Source: Haliotis rufescens (Eukaryota). Taken from it: 64,000 bases of DNA. Under the pieces are notes generated by a model, which was given only the letters and a program-made list of their open reading frames with translations, did no database searches and was not told where the DNA came from. Each line of letters opens with the position of its first letter. The stretch's first letter is position 1. The stretch spans positions 2,108,001-2,172,000 of the forward strand of contig NW_025964024.1 of assembly GCF_023055435.1 (NCBI RefSeq), written 5' to 3'. The position numbers and the translations under genes were made by a program. Below, piece by piece: positions 50,001 to 61,777 of this stretch.

Positions 50001-53000
50001 CATGGGATTGAAGTTTGATCAGGTACGAGCATTGATGCCTTCCAGCCGCCTGTACAATAAATACCACACATCATTCACTAAATATTCTTAGTCCGGGCAT
50101 CATTTTCAGATTTTAGTGTTAAAATATGGACCCTTATAAGCTGAGCTGACTAGACCAAACAGAATTTTACTAGACTCGAGCTTCGGACTAGAGGCAATTT
50201 TACAGACTGCCATGTGATCAGACAACAATAGTTAACATACTTAGTAACATGTGAAAATTGTTCAAACCGAAGAGGGGTCATTGATTTTTGCTCCTGTATT
50301 ATTTGAATCTAGGAACCCTTAAATCTCCAACTGTTAACATTAGGGTTATGATTAGGACCCCCGACGTTCTAGAAGTTTCCAGCATGACATAAAAAAAGAA
50401 ATGGTTTCATTCCTATCGTATCCTTGTGCTGATTAACTTGTATAAATTTTCAAAAAGCCCATACAAAGATAATATACTTATCAAATATTTTGAAATTCAA
50501 AACACATAGTTTCTTGCCTGTAACACAACATTGCTAAGACTATGCACAATAAGCAAGACAGCTACTAACCATGATTGCTATATAATGTCTGTATTCAAAA
50601 GGAAGGGGCCCATCTTCCTTCAGCAGGTAATGCTGTGTGCGGAGAAAACATTCCAGGTAGTCGGGATGATAGCCCATCAGCTGGGTGATGTGCTCGAGGC
50701 GATTGTTCTGGAGGAATGCATCAACAAACAGTGTTCTCGTCTGAAACAAAATCGGAAATATATAACTACACTTCCTGTCCTGACAAACCTGCTTGTACTG
50801 GTTTCAGACTGGTCTGCATTCTGGGACACTAACATATTATAACCTCAAAATCAGTACATGTAGACGAAAGTGTAATTAAAATATTCATAAATTATGAAAA
50901 TGTTCAAATATGTCCTGATGTCGTTTGTCTTCACCAAATTACTGTAATGAAATAACCTGCACTGCAGTTAATTGCTCAGCTCATTTTGATAATATACATA
51001 CATGTCAAGTTTTGATTTATGATATATATTTCTGTGACAATTTTATCCCAATGTCAAATGAGAGCTTGCATAATGGGATAACATCATAACATGGGATCTA
51101 TATCTAACAGTAGCTGACTCAGTCCAGGCAAGTATTCGGCAGGTATCACACGGCTGCCCAGCTCAGAAAATGAGGCCAAATACACAATCGAAAGCTATCA
51201 CCGACAGCCATCATCTGGCCCCGGGGAAAGATAGGGAATCCACCAGGTTATTTATAGACACCAGTGGCATGAGTTGCCAAGCCAATCAGGAAGCGTCTAT
51301 AAATAGATCCGACAACAGTGGTTTCCATGAGCAGGGTCATTTCGCTCAGCTGTCATTTTGTTTGCCTGTTTAAACTGAAATTGCTGACTGAGGCCCCTTG
51401 TTTTTCAGCCCAAACGGAAGCGGGGTATTTCAGGCAAATCACCGTTTCAAGGGAGCGAAAGCAGTTTGACAAGCCCTTTGGTAGTTTAATAAATAACCGG
51501 TCATAATAGAACGATTGTGAACGATCATAGGAGCCGTTGAAGATTTCGTCATGTTTGATATGACCGTCATTGTTATCGGATATGCGTATACAATGAAACC
51601 AACTTCATGTTTTATTTAACAACAGGTGGTACTGGATGGGTTTCTAATATAAGAAACGACAATATCAAGCATAGGCTACAATTCACAAGTTCCCATTTCC
51701 AATAGTTGCATCAGCCACATTAATATCCGTTTCGTTCAAGCTGTCCATTCGCAGATCATGCTCCCTGTTTGTGATAGGGTGGGTTGCATCAGCATATAGC
51801 CAGAAAGGAAACAAACAAGTTTGTAGGTGTCCAACATTGCATCAGCAAGCATAACATATCCTTCCTTTGATGGATGTTCTATTGTCAAGTGTAACGCTTG
51901 AATTGCGCCGGACAATGAACACCGTACGTCACTGACCAAAGGAGTGTCATCAAACAATGATAGGATCGCTTGAATAGGGCCTAATTCTTCACCTGCTCAT
52001 ATAATTAAACAAAAAGGTCGATAATTACCTTGTCATCGGGTGTGTCGACAGGCACGATCTGCAAAAAAATTATTTTAGTTAAAACGGGGTAGAAAAATAC
52101 TTGGTTTCATTGTACATTTCTTTACAAGACTATGAATGGAAACTTCTGGTTGAAAGGATGTTTGGAACCCACATATTCCTTGTGGTCGACCTATTATATT
52201 TAACGCGGTTGTTTTATAAAACAAAAAAATAACAAAACGTCATCAGGTGGTCGTAGATGCATATATTCAGTGCACAGCAAATACATCCTATGATCTTTGT
52301 CAAAGGTTCGAGTTCAAATCGTGAATGCGTTAGGACCCATTGAAAGAGCGTGCAAAAACAGCGGTTTATTTGCAAAGTACAATTCTCAATCTTTTCGTTG
52401 GTTAAATGTAAAACATACATAGTAAGTCCTACACAAACATAGGTGAAGTGTTAGAAAAAAGTACCAGAAGCAAAATAGCGAGAGAGCGGGGTTTTGAAAA
52501 TTTATTCTTGTCCACATTAGAATAATCTAGCATAAGTAGCATAACAGTGATGTCATCTTCTATTTTGATATTCATTCAGCCCAAATACCGTCAAATATTT
52601 CTTAAATGTAATGAATGAATTAAGCATTAACGGTAGTGGTTCATGTTGAAAGCGAAAGGTGCAGTTCGATCCAAACCCTTTGTTACATTCCGCTAGCTGC
52701 AGCGGTTTGACAGCTGACCCAGAAAGAGCCATGACTGCCGAACAAAGCTCGCACCGGCTATCCGCAGAAAAAAAGTTTTAGCAATATATCTATAACATTA
52801 TTCAAAAAGATAATATCATCAGTGGAAACCTACATAAACAGCAGATCAAAACGCATCTAAATAACCAAGTGTCATTAATTTCTAAACACCGCACTGACGG
52901 CTTCCGAGTGGAAAACTACCGGCCAGGCCGGCTCGCCAGCTGAGCTGAGAAATGGATAGCCAGGCCTCTACCGCACAAGAAAAATCAAGAAAACACAAAG

Positions 53001-53054
53001 CCAACTTACTTGAATGTCACCCTCAAGTGGTTCGTAAGTCTCCATAGGAATCAT
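47012..53054 (-). CDS. SESN: Sestrin (SESN1/2/3 family), spliced: join(53054-53010, 52058-52029, 50740-50570, 50049-49867, 49499-49287, 48885-48750, 48277-48040, 47765-47540, 47098-47012); 1329 nt, about 442 aa
   Basis: Exon translations carry sestrin hallmarks ([108 protein letters not shown]). All junctions are GT-AG and the phases join in frame. The first exon is tentative. Confidence 0.95.
47540..47765 (-). CDS. SESN: Sestrin exon ([10 protein letters not shown]...EFKHSEK)
   Basis: AACAG|A acceptor, AAG|GTGAGA donor; contains the DD motif and leucine-pocket residues. Confidence 0.96.
48040..48277 (-). CDS. SESN: Sestrin exon ([10 protein letters not shown]...AYNLTYYT)
   Basis: TTTCAG acceptor, AC|GTGAGT donor; motif [17 protein letters not shown]. 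Confidence 0.95.
48750..48885 (-). CDS. SESN: Sestrin linker exon ([45 protein letters not shown]); absent from the ORF track
   Basis: TTTCTTTCAG acceptor, A|GTGAGT donor; 136 nt bridges phase 0 to phase 1; resembles the sestrin LMExM...EE...RF linker. Confidence 0.92.
49001..49225 (-). mobile_element. Family C element (old, in a sestrin intron)
   Basis: Degenerate homology. Confidence 0.65.
49287..49499 (-). CDS. SESN: Sestrin exon ([18 protein letters not shown]...SSGEN)
   Basis: TTTTCAG acceptor, AAT|GTAAGT donor; WSxxExVHA and [12 protein letters not shown] motifs. Confidence 0.95.
49545..49795 (-). mobile_element. Family C element in a sestrin intron
   Basis: Near-full reverse copy. 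Confidence 0.82.
49867..50049 (-). CDS. SESN: Sestrin exon ([10 protein letters not shown]...LITKDHIE)
   Basis: TACAG acceptor, GAG|GTCAGT donor; contains the redox Cys of HQCSYL. Confidence 0.96.
50570..50740 (-). CDS. SESN: Sestrin exon ([18 protein letters not shown]...RHYIAIM)
   Basis: TTTCAG acceptor, ATG|GTTAGT donor; [15 protein letters not shown] motif. Confidence 0.95.
51706..51844. promoter_or_regulatory. Cluster of three C/EBP-ATF (CARE/ATF4) elements in a sestrin intron
   Basis: TTGCATCA (reverse of TGATGCAA) at 51706, 51784 and 51837 in otherwise non-repetitive DNA. Confidence 0.6.
52029..52058 (-). CDS. SESN: Sestrin 30-nt microexon ([10 protein letters not shown])
   Basis: Strong acceptor TTTTTTTGCAG, donor AAG|GTAATT, phase 0/0; position corresponds to the segment just upstream of the next exon's motif in vertebrate sestrins. 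Confidence 0.75.
53010..53054 (-). CDS. SESN: Putative first coding exon of sestrin ([15 protein letters not shown])
   Basis: ATG at 53054 after an in-frame upstream TGA; donor CAA|GTAAGT in phase 0; CCAAT box nearby. No recognisable homology, so tentative. Confidence 0.5.
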
Positions 53055-53300
53055 ATTGTAATGTGTAAACCGTTCGTTTGATTCATATACTCATAATATC
53101 ACAGTAAATCCTTGTTAGAACTTCCTAACCTGCCCAACTGACGGCAGACGATAGACTGAATAGAACAGCTGATTGCGGCGATATGACCCACTGCCGACCT
53201 CATCGCCATGAATACATTAACCTGAACCAATCAAATCGTTCGTTCGTTTATGCCGAGCCGAGTCGGCACAAAGCAGTTAAAACGTCAATACACAAGCTAA
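53055..53300 (-). promoter_or_regulatory. Candidate sestrin 5' UTR and proximal promoter
   Basis: Directly upstream of the putative first exon; CCAAT at 53227-53231; CpG-richer and repeat-free. Confidence 0.35.
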
Positions 53301-54237
53301 ACAGCTTAGGAAATTTCCAAGCCGGGAATCAAAAGTGATAACTTTCCGTCAATACGAAAGATAATGAAGCACAATTTTTTTTAAATCGCACCTGCACTTT
53401 CTTTCTTGACGTATCCTATTTGATCTACATAAAAATACAAAATTGATAAATCTATTTCTATATTGCAACGATAGAACCCCGAGCCATGTATTCAGGATAT
53501 GTATTATGACTTGAATAGTTAGCCCATTTGTATAACTTATGTTTTCATCAAAACATTTGAAAGGTCTTCAGAAGCTCAAAGAAGCGTTGCCTGCCAGTAT
53601 ATTGTTGAAACAGTGTCAACAGATAATTAATTCTTAATGAAATTCAAACAACTGGTTCACTTACATCCTAAATGAATATCCACAGATAGGGATAGGCTTT
53701 TATTCCATACCCAGCAGCTGCGATTCCTTGTAGTTACTTATTTATGACACAATGTAAGCCGCTGCAGCGAGGTGTAATTCCGTGTATAACGTGCCCCCCT
53801 CATCCGCATCCATACGATGCACAGCAAACACATTTATCTGACAGTGGTATGTTTTAATTAGCAATGCATGAAATATTCATTATTTTGTAAATCTAAAACG
53901 GCAACAGGTAACAGCTTCCAGACAAAAGCTTCTCGTGTTAGTGGAGCGGCGAACGCAAGGCCTTGGCTTGCGCGTGTGACACGGCCTTCGAGCATGCATG
54001 TACCAACATGTCGGAAACAGATCGGAAATAAAATGAATTGGAGCGACGTAAGATGCAAATGAGATTAGTGTGTGCTATTCACACATCAACCCTGTGCGCG
54101 AGGTGAGGTGAAATGGGGTTTAACGTCGCGTCCAAGATTATTGCACTTATATAGCGACGTGCATGCAAATATAGTTTTACGCCGCTTTTAGCAGTATTCC
54201 AGAAATGACAGATCTTATAAAGTACATATATGTAATT

Positions 54238-54402
54238 AGAGTGAGTGAATATGGTTTTACGTCGCTTTTAGGAATATTCCAGCAATATCACGCCTGGGGA
54301 CACCAGAAAGGGGCTTCACACATTGTACCCATGTTGGGAATCGAACCCGGGTCTTCGGCGTGACGAGCGAATGCTTTAACCACTAGGCTATCCCACCGCC
54401 CC
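54238..54402 (-). mobile_element. SINE family B
   Basis: Full reverse copy. Confidence 0.88.
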
Positions 54403-54683
54403 TTATTTTATTGACTTTTATAATGAAATGAAAACATAAAACTACGTATCATCCGACTTCAACTTAAAATGAAGCATAACCATTACACGTTGAGGTTGTA
54501 CGGATTTATTTGCTAGAGGCCGTCATTTATTGTCAACATACAAAGGAAATGGTTGCATGCGCATGCGTTTAACATATTGCAAAGTAAGAAAATACAAATA
54601 ATCCACCATGACGCGTCACATCGTCGTCCCACATTCACACTTGTCGGTTGATTGATTATAGGAACACATACCATTCGCACTTG

Positions 54684-55183
54684 GTGAGTGAGTGGGGCTT
54701 AACGCCGCTTTGAACATTAATCCAGTTTATATCACGGTGGGGCAGCTTAGAGTGGGAGGAAAGCCCGAAGAGATGCAGGTCTGAGACGTTTGGGGCGAAC
54801 CGGGATTCGCACAGGTTTCTGGCATGCTCAGGGGACGCAACTCTGGACAGCTAATTGCGGCGCCTAAGACAACTGTAGTGAGTGAGTGAGTTGGGTTTAA
54901 CGCCGCTTTTAACAGTATTCCAGTCATATCACGGCGTGTCAGCTTAATGTGGGAGGAAGGCCCGAAGTGATGCAGGTCTCAGACGTTTACCACTTCGCCG
55001 AAACCCACGAGCACGGGTATGGTGCTGCCAAACCTAGAAACATAATCGGGGCGAACCGGGATTCGAACCCACAATCATAGGTTTCTGGCGTGCCTAAGGG
55101 ACGCAACTTCCGCACAGCGAATCGCGGCGCCTTAGACGACTGGGCCACCTGTGCCACCAAGACAACTGTATCACCCGTCCCCC
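54684..55183 (-). mobile_element. Two nested SINE A copies: an intact copy (54877-55157) inside the head of an older, deleted copy
   Basis: TSD aagacaactgta flanks the inner copy; the old head resumes at 55171. Confidence 0.85.
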
Positions 55184-55194
55184 TATTTTCACTA

Positions 55195-55350
55195 AGTGAG
55201 TGAGTAAGTGAGTTTGGTTTTACGCCGCTTTAGCAATATTCCAGCAATATCCCGGCGGGGAACACCAGTAATGGGCTTCACACACTGTACCCATGTCGGG
55301 AATCGAATCGACGATCGACGGCTTTAACCACAAGGCTACCCGACCGCCCC
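55195..55350 (-). mobile_element. SINE family B (internal deletion)
   Basis: Reverse copy. Confidence 0.85.
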
Positions 55351-55688
55351 TATTTAACAGACTTTATCAATGATTTATACCATTAACCATCATGTATCTG
55401 AACACAAAATTCAAATTAATTATACATCCAAACTTGACTATTTATATGGTTCCTAAACGATCTCACTCTGTATATATATGTACAGCTGCATCATCAGCTC
55501 CGCTTTGTCAAGCGAATAACTGTTTCGTAAATGTAACTATATGAATGAAATTGATCAATTGTGACGGAGTGTGGATCCATCCATGAATTATATAGTCTTT
55601 TATACGTTTCTTTACATTGACATCAGACAACCGTATAGCTAGACAAGACAAGCATCACGTCCCCAGAATAAAGTTATGTGTATGGTTA

Positions 55689-55754
55689 ATAAACAATGTT
55701 CCATCAAGGAATCTTCGAGTATAAATAAGGGAGCCCCGCGTATGTAATTCCTGG

Positions 55755-55804
<50 letters not shown>

Positions 55805-55930
55805 GTCATAGTTTGGACTGGAGTAAACAACGAAAACTGCCTAGTCACAGATCTCAGCGAACATATTGCACCTGTACCCAAATACGCCGAGAAGCGTTAT
55901 TGACATATCTATGTGATCACCGATAAACAA
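55689..55930. promoter_or_regulatory. Cluster of three forkhead (FoxO-type) RTAAACAA sites
   Basis: ATAAACAA 55689, GTAAACAA 55823, ATAAACAA 55923, all in the same orientation. Confidence 0.3.
55757..55802 (+). repeat. (TC)n microsatellite
   Basis: Seen directly. Confidence 0.95.
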
Positions 55931-57128
55931 GAACCTAAGCAGGAGGAAACACGGCCAATGTATTGTCAACACCAACATGAATTCCACAACTTTGACCGAA
56001 TTTCAAACAGTAACGTCAGTTTGGTAGTACTCAGTTAAATATATAATATTGTGTCCGTATATATGCAACGAAGTGTCAGCAGTTGTTTTGCGAACAGCCT
56101 CAGTGTGAAGGTCGTGTATACGAGCATTGTCATTGGTCAGAAAGTGGGTATGTTAGTTCGTACGTTGCTGATTGGTTCAAATGTGGAGGTGTGTCATCAG
56201 TGACCTTGGTATCTGAAGATCACAAGTGTGGTTTCATCTCTGCCGACGAGCACTGAACAAACGTATTCAGAACTGGCTTCGTGTCAGTGTGACCGCGTTC
56301 AGCTTTCCAGAACGATCCATTCATGCTCAGTGAGGACTAGGCAAATAATGCGCCGTTATATAAACTCGATCTATAGCTAATGTCCGTAGAACACTGTCAT
56401 CGTCAGCATGTGTGGCGTTTGCAGTTTATCAAAAGCATTATGAACGCATACGTCTGGTAAAATATATTGAAGATTTCGCTGATGAAAACGGTTGTAAAAC
56501 ATGTCCATTCACAGTTTTGTTGATATTCGTTCAATGATATCCTGGTGAAGCTAAGGCGTTTGTTGGTTTTAGTACGGTGGACAGATATCATATTATTTGT
56601 TTTTTCAAAATAGCGTTAATGATAATACATAAAAACAATTGCGAAAGTATGTTTTTGTATGTACTGACATATTTAAAGATTCCATAATATTTGTCCTTAT
56701 TTATATGCCTACCTCATCTATGAAATACGCAATGATGTTTGTGAAACTAACCGACAATACGCGGAACAGCTCGTATATATATACTGTTCCTCTTCCGTTT
56801 GCATTTAACCAGGACACACGTCACAACAAATCACCGTCAGTCAGTGCACTGAGAGTGATCAAATGTTTAATTGTTCATTACCTATGTTGAAACGCGACCA
56901 TAACAATGATATCGGTCTCGGAAGTAAAAGCTCTTTTCCGCGTTTGTTTTTTGCACCAAAGCTTTTCACACGGCGATCCGTGCGACGGTGAACTTCTGCA
57001 GGGTGTACGTGATTATATAGCCACAGTGTTCGGCACAAATAAACGTCGACTCAATTATGAAACAGCCCCTTATTAAAACAGATACCTTAATGAAAACATT
57101 ATATTATATTAAACTGCTAAAGTACACA

Positions 57129-57160
57129 AGGCCGGATCCAGCATTTTTCAATTTGATTTT

Positions 57161-57194
<34 letters not shown>

Positions 57195-57252
57195 CCACCC
57201 TCTCCAGGATCCGTCCACCCACCAACCCACTCTATTCAGGATCCGCCTATGG
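57129..57252. mobile_element. Short MITE with GGATCC termini and a poly-G tract
   Basis: aggccggatccagc...ggatccgcctatg. Confidence 0.55.
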
Positions 57253-58034
57253 TACATGTGACGCAGGGCACACGAAGTCGTGATAAAGACAAGCACCTTA
57301 ATACACCTCTCAGCAGTAGCATCATATCCTAACTCAAAGGTCTGTAATGTGTTATAATGGTGTGGTATATTTTAATCGAATAAATAATACAAATAATGGT
57401 ACATTATTAAGCTCCACATAATTCTATTTGAGCGTTTAATCAAATTAAATACGCAAAGCAAACTTGTGAAAACTCGATTTTTTAGGACCTTACCAAACCT
57501 GTCTCATCCATATTGAGCCGTCCAACTGTCATGCAACAACGCCTTGTCTCTGTCTCGGGCGTGCCTCCAGTGCTGTAAATCTCGCGATCTCGACACGTGT
57601 GGTTAAAAATAACCATGATGTAACGCATGTCAAAGTACCGTTTTCATGTGTGCTTATTTGTATGGACAAGTATAATCGGGTTTCGTAGAAACGAATGAAA
57701 ATCATGCCACCTTGTAAACTCGACACATGCACGTGCTGTCGCTTAGATATACTGAATTAATTCTTAATGTCATAAAGTGCGTGAAGTGAATGTTGTTCAA
57801 CGTCACAGTCACGGGCTATAAATAATCGAATTAGAACCAGGAAAACCTGTGGCTGACAGCATGAGCACAGATCAAACCTGACTCCCTGATCCACTTCTAG
57901 TCGACTCTTACAAGCATAGGTTGACGAGGACCACTTTTAGCACCGGGTCCCTAATTGATGTAAAGTATTAAATCGTTTATCAATTAAACACCTTACGTTA
58001 ATTAACCGTATATTTAAATTATTAATTACAAAGT

Positions 58035-58163
58035 AAGCGATCTTAGCACTATAACAATCGTAAGCCTACTCAAAGACGTATATATATATGTACGTCCGTG
58101 GCCTACTTTAAAGTATGGGAGTTACGATCACCTTAGCGCTAAGATTGGTTTGTGGAAGTGGAT
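58035..58163. mobile_element. Degenerate copy of the 107-bp MITE
   Basis: aagcgatcttagcact...agcgctaagattggtttgtggaagtgg. Confidence 0.6.
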
Positions 58164-58978
58164 CTTTTGACGCAGAAAGCACTGTCATCGTGGAAGTGGC
58201 CTAAGGGGAGCAAACTCTTGCATAGACTTTTCGCAAGCCGTCATGCGTAAGTTCTATTTTTAGCATCCTAGCTTGCCGACAACACTTCTTGATTATTGGA
58301 AATACGGACAGGTAAATCGCGCTTACAAATTACAATGTGCGGATCAACCAGATTGTTTTCAGACTAAATAAAGCAAGCTTAAATAGGCATCTTGGTATAT
58401 ACCTACATTATAATACTTTCAAAATGTGTTTGTATGGACATAAATTTGAGCGAACAATAACGACACGACGTACTTCATATTCTAGCATGCACGTGATCAG
58501 CACTATTTATGTTTTAAGTCACGTCACCACAAAAAAAACACTATTCGTACGGAAGACAAATATCATTCAAATTAAGTCATCTTTTCCCAATTTCACAAAA
58601 GTAAAAATATTATTCATCTAATTTCAGTTTCAATTGAACCTCTAAATAAACACTAAGGAATAGCAAAATAATACGTAATAAATGCCATGAAAGTTGTCCG
58701 TTTTGTTTTTCTATCTTTCATGTCTTATCTTTTTATGAGACCTAAATTTCTTGAGCAAGATCACAGTATCGATTGAATGTATGATCCAGGACAAGCGCAT
58801 CAATCTCCTTCAGCTAACATGGAATGGCAACATCTGACATTGGGTTTATACTGGTGATTTTACTCGTGCTTCGTTCAATGTGTAATGCCCAAGGCACATG
58901 AAGTATGAACAGAGTTATTCCCCTTCCTTGGTGAAACTCGACCGTCGCTCATCATGTACATAACTTCAACTAGTTTGA

Positions 58979-59089
58979 TGTTTGTCTGTTTGTTTGTTTG
59001 TTTGTTTAACGCCACACTCATCAATATTCCGGCTATATGACTGCGTTCTGTAAATAATCAAGTCTGGACCACACAATCCAGTGATTGAC
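58979..59089 (-). mobile_element. Family C 3' fragment
   Basis: Tail plus (AAAC)n. Confidence 0.75.
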
Positions 59090-60251
59090 ACGGGTCCAAC
59101 CAATTTAAACATAAGTACATACCATAATACATGGTTCAATAGAGCATGGCTATAAAATACTGTGTGTGACTGAAAATAGTTTATTTTGTACATCTTTTTG
59201 TTTTTTTTAGGAGTATTAACATGCCAATGATAAATTGATCAAGAACCCCTAAAAGAAAAATAACAAACGTGTCTCACTTCATATTGATGCATTCTTACAT
59301 CATTTGCATATATTTTCATGTGATGGAGGGATCTCTCGGCAACAGATGGAGATGTGAAAAACAGTTACATGAGAATGAATAATAGCTTCAGGTGTGTCAG
59401 CACAATTTTCCACCTGTTCAGTGCTTAATGCCTTTGTGTGAGTGAGTAAATGAGTATTGTTTTGCTGGTTTTAGCAATATCAATCTGGAACGAGTCCAAA
59501 TTTACTACCCGGGTACCCTCCACCCTATTACCCAGCCCTACCTGGGTACCCGTAGATATTTAGAGATAGGTACAAACTGTCCGATTTGGAAAAGTGTGAC
59601 CGTAGCCCTGACAAAATGTATTTAGATACATGTGTAAAACAATCCGGTCATGCATACACTGACGTTTACTGCATGGAATTTTATCTTTATTCGAACATAT
59701 GAAAGGAATGGGTGCATAGTCAGAAAGAAATAGGAACATTTGTGACTTGTAGTGTAACAATAGAGCTTTAGATATTTTTCGTCATTAAACAATATATCAC
59801 GTGACTAACCATGGGTCCGGGTAGTCATGTGGGTACCCGAGTCCTACTTAGAACCCCCCCTCCCTGAGGATCCGAGTTACCCGTCCCAGCCCTAATATCA
59901 AGGCAGGTACATTATGCCCAATTCGGGAATCGAATTGGGGCCTTTCAGCATGATGAGCGAATGCAATATATAACCACTAGGGTACCCCTACCGCCCCTTA
60001 ATGCATCTGAAATACCAGTAAATGAGATCACTCAAGCGTAATTGCCCAACCGCAATCTTATGATGCATTAACCGCACCACTCGGATCAGTTTTATTATTT
60101 CTACATTAAATTGACACAGGGCACAACCATTTGATATTTTGTAGGAGGCCTGTGATTCATCATCATCATCATCATCATTACACCAACAATAAAAATGTAT
60201 GTTGCTATTTGTTCTATTTTTGAACATTGTCTTAATGGTTTCATCCCATTT

Positions 60252-60795
60252 GCATCTTCCCAATGTAAGGGAATTAACTGACTATAAAAGTCCAGTTTCC
60301 ACCCTTGCCAAACTAGGCTGGTATTATGGAGTTACATTTTGGCTGGACTAACGAGTCTGTGCATAGTCCAATCAAAACCGTGCAACGAAATCAAAATCTG
60401 GTTAAGCTGTCATGCAGATTTTGGTCGATTGCAGGATTTGCAAAGTATGTGCACCGCCAACTCGTTGTCAGCAGATATTTTCCAAATCTTTTCATGTTTT
60501 TCATCAAGGTGCTCATGTGATTTGATGCATTTCGCGATTTAAGACCCGTTTTATCACAATATAGATCTTGATTATCGATCAGATCGTCCTGACTGGGCGC
60601 CACCATTTTGTGTTAAGCAAACGGAAGTGATAAGAGAGGTGGAATCCGATTGGTCCATAGGAGAGGCATAGAAGGGACGTAACTCGTAATATTTACTGGT
60701 GGCGCTACGATCGAGCCCAGGAATTCCAGCCTAGTTCGGCAAGGGTGGAAACTGGACTTTTAAAGTCAGTTGACTCTTTTGCCTTGGGAAGATGC
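60252..60795 (-). mobile_element. Non-autonomous DNA transposon, about 540 bp, with long TIRs
   Basis: aactgactataaaagtccagtttccacccttgccaaactaggctgg is mirrored by ccagcctagttcggcaagggtggaaactggacttttaaagtcagtt. Confidence 0.82.
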
Positions 60796-61281
60796 CCATT
60801 TGTGACTTAACAGCTCCATTTAACATTGTTCACAGCCTAATTGCTGGATTTGATGTTGCCGTGTTCTCACATGGAAGAAAACTCACTCATGCAGATTGTC
60901 TCAGTTAGCAAATTTGAGAGCTTTATTAGCTAGATTAACCAACAAAGAAATTATGATACCTCCAGATGTATTTAAAATAAATCTGTCAAACGAAGACACA
61001 TGTATTTAAGTCTGGGTAGGTAAAAGCAATATCAGCCTTATGGTAGATTATATAGAGTAAAGTTTCTTATCTTTCAATATTTTGTCTTCCGTGAGCACTA
61101 CAATTGCAAACCTAAGAAAATATGTCAGCTTTCAATTAATATTGTTGATACCAATCTGACAATTGAGAATAACTATGATGATATAGACTTCATCTAACTG
61201 TATGCACAGCAAACCAATTGTCGAGGCAGCCAAAGTAGCTTGATGACATTTTCAATGGTATCACATTCTTCGTCCCTTTCA

Positions 61282-61643
61282 GACAGCCTCCCTGGTCTAG
61301 TGGATAGAGCATTTGCCTCAAGAGCGTGCCGGGTCATACCAAAAGACATTAAAAGATGGTACTTGTTGTTACCCAGCCTGGCGCTTGGTATTAAGGGGCT
61401 ACAACAAGGACTGGTTGGCTCGGAGTCAGTATACTGTGTCTGAGTAGGGTGTCCATGTTAAGCTGCGGCATGGTATTTGAGCGGGCTAGCACTATAAATC
61501 GGCATTAGTCTGGACTTGTACAACTACAAGCAGACAGACAGACAGACAGACAGACACACACACAGACACACACACACACACACACACACATAGCTACATA
61601 AGCACAGTTATCTTGAGTGTTATGTTTAAGCACATTTCACCTC
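61282..61643 (+). mobile_element. SINE family D (diverged; internal (CAGA)n(CA)n)
   Basis: Homology along the full length. Confidence 0.82.
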
Positions 61644-61777
61644 GCATTTCCCATTGAAAATGCTCTTAACATGAGAAATGTCAGAAATATGTTTACACGG
61701 TCAGGGTCACAAGACTAGACAAAGCATACAACCCTTAGAATAACTTGGCTTCTGTACATTACAAGACAGTGTTATTC

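Noticed and set aside
53985-54015. p53 response element near the sestrin promoter (CATG-rich stretch)
   Set aside because: No pair of acceptable RRRCWWGYYY half-sites.
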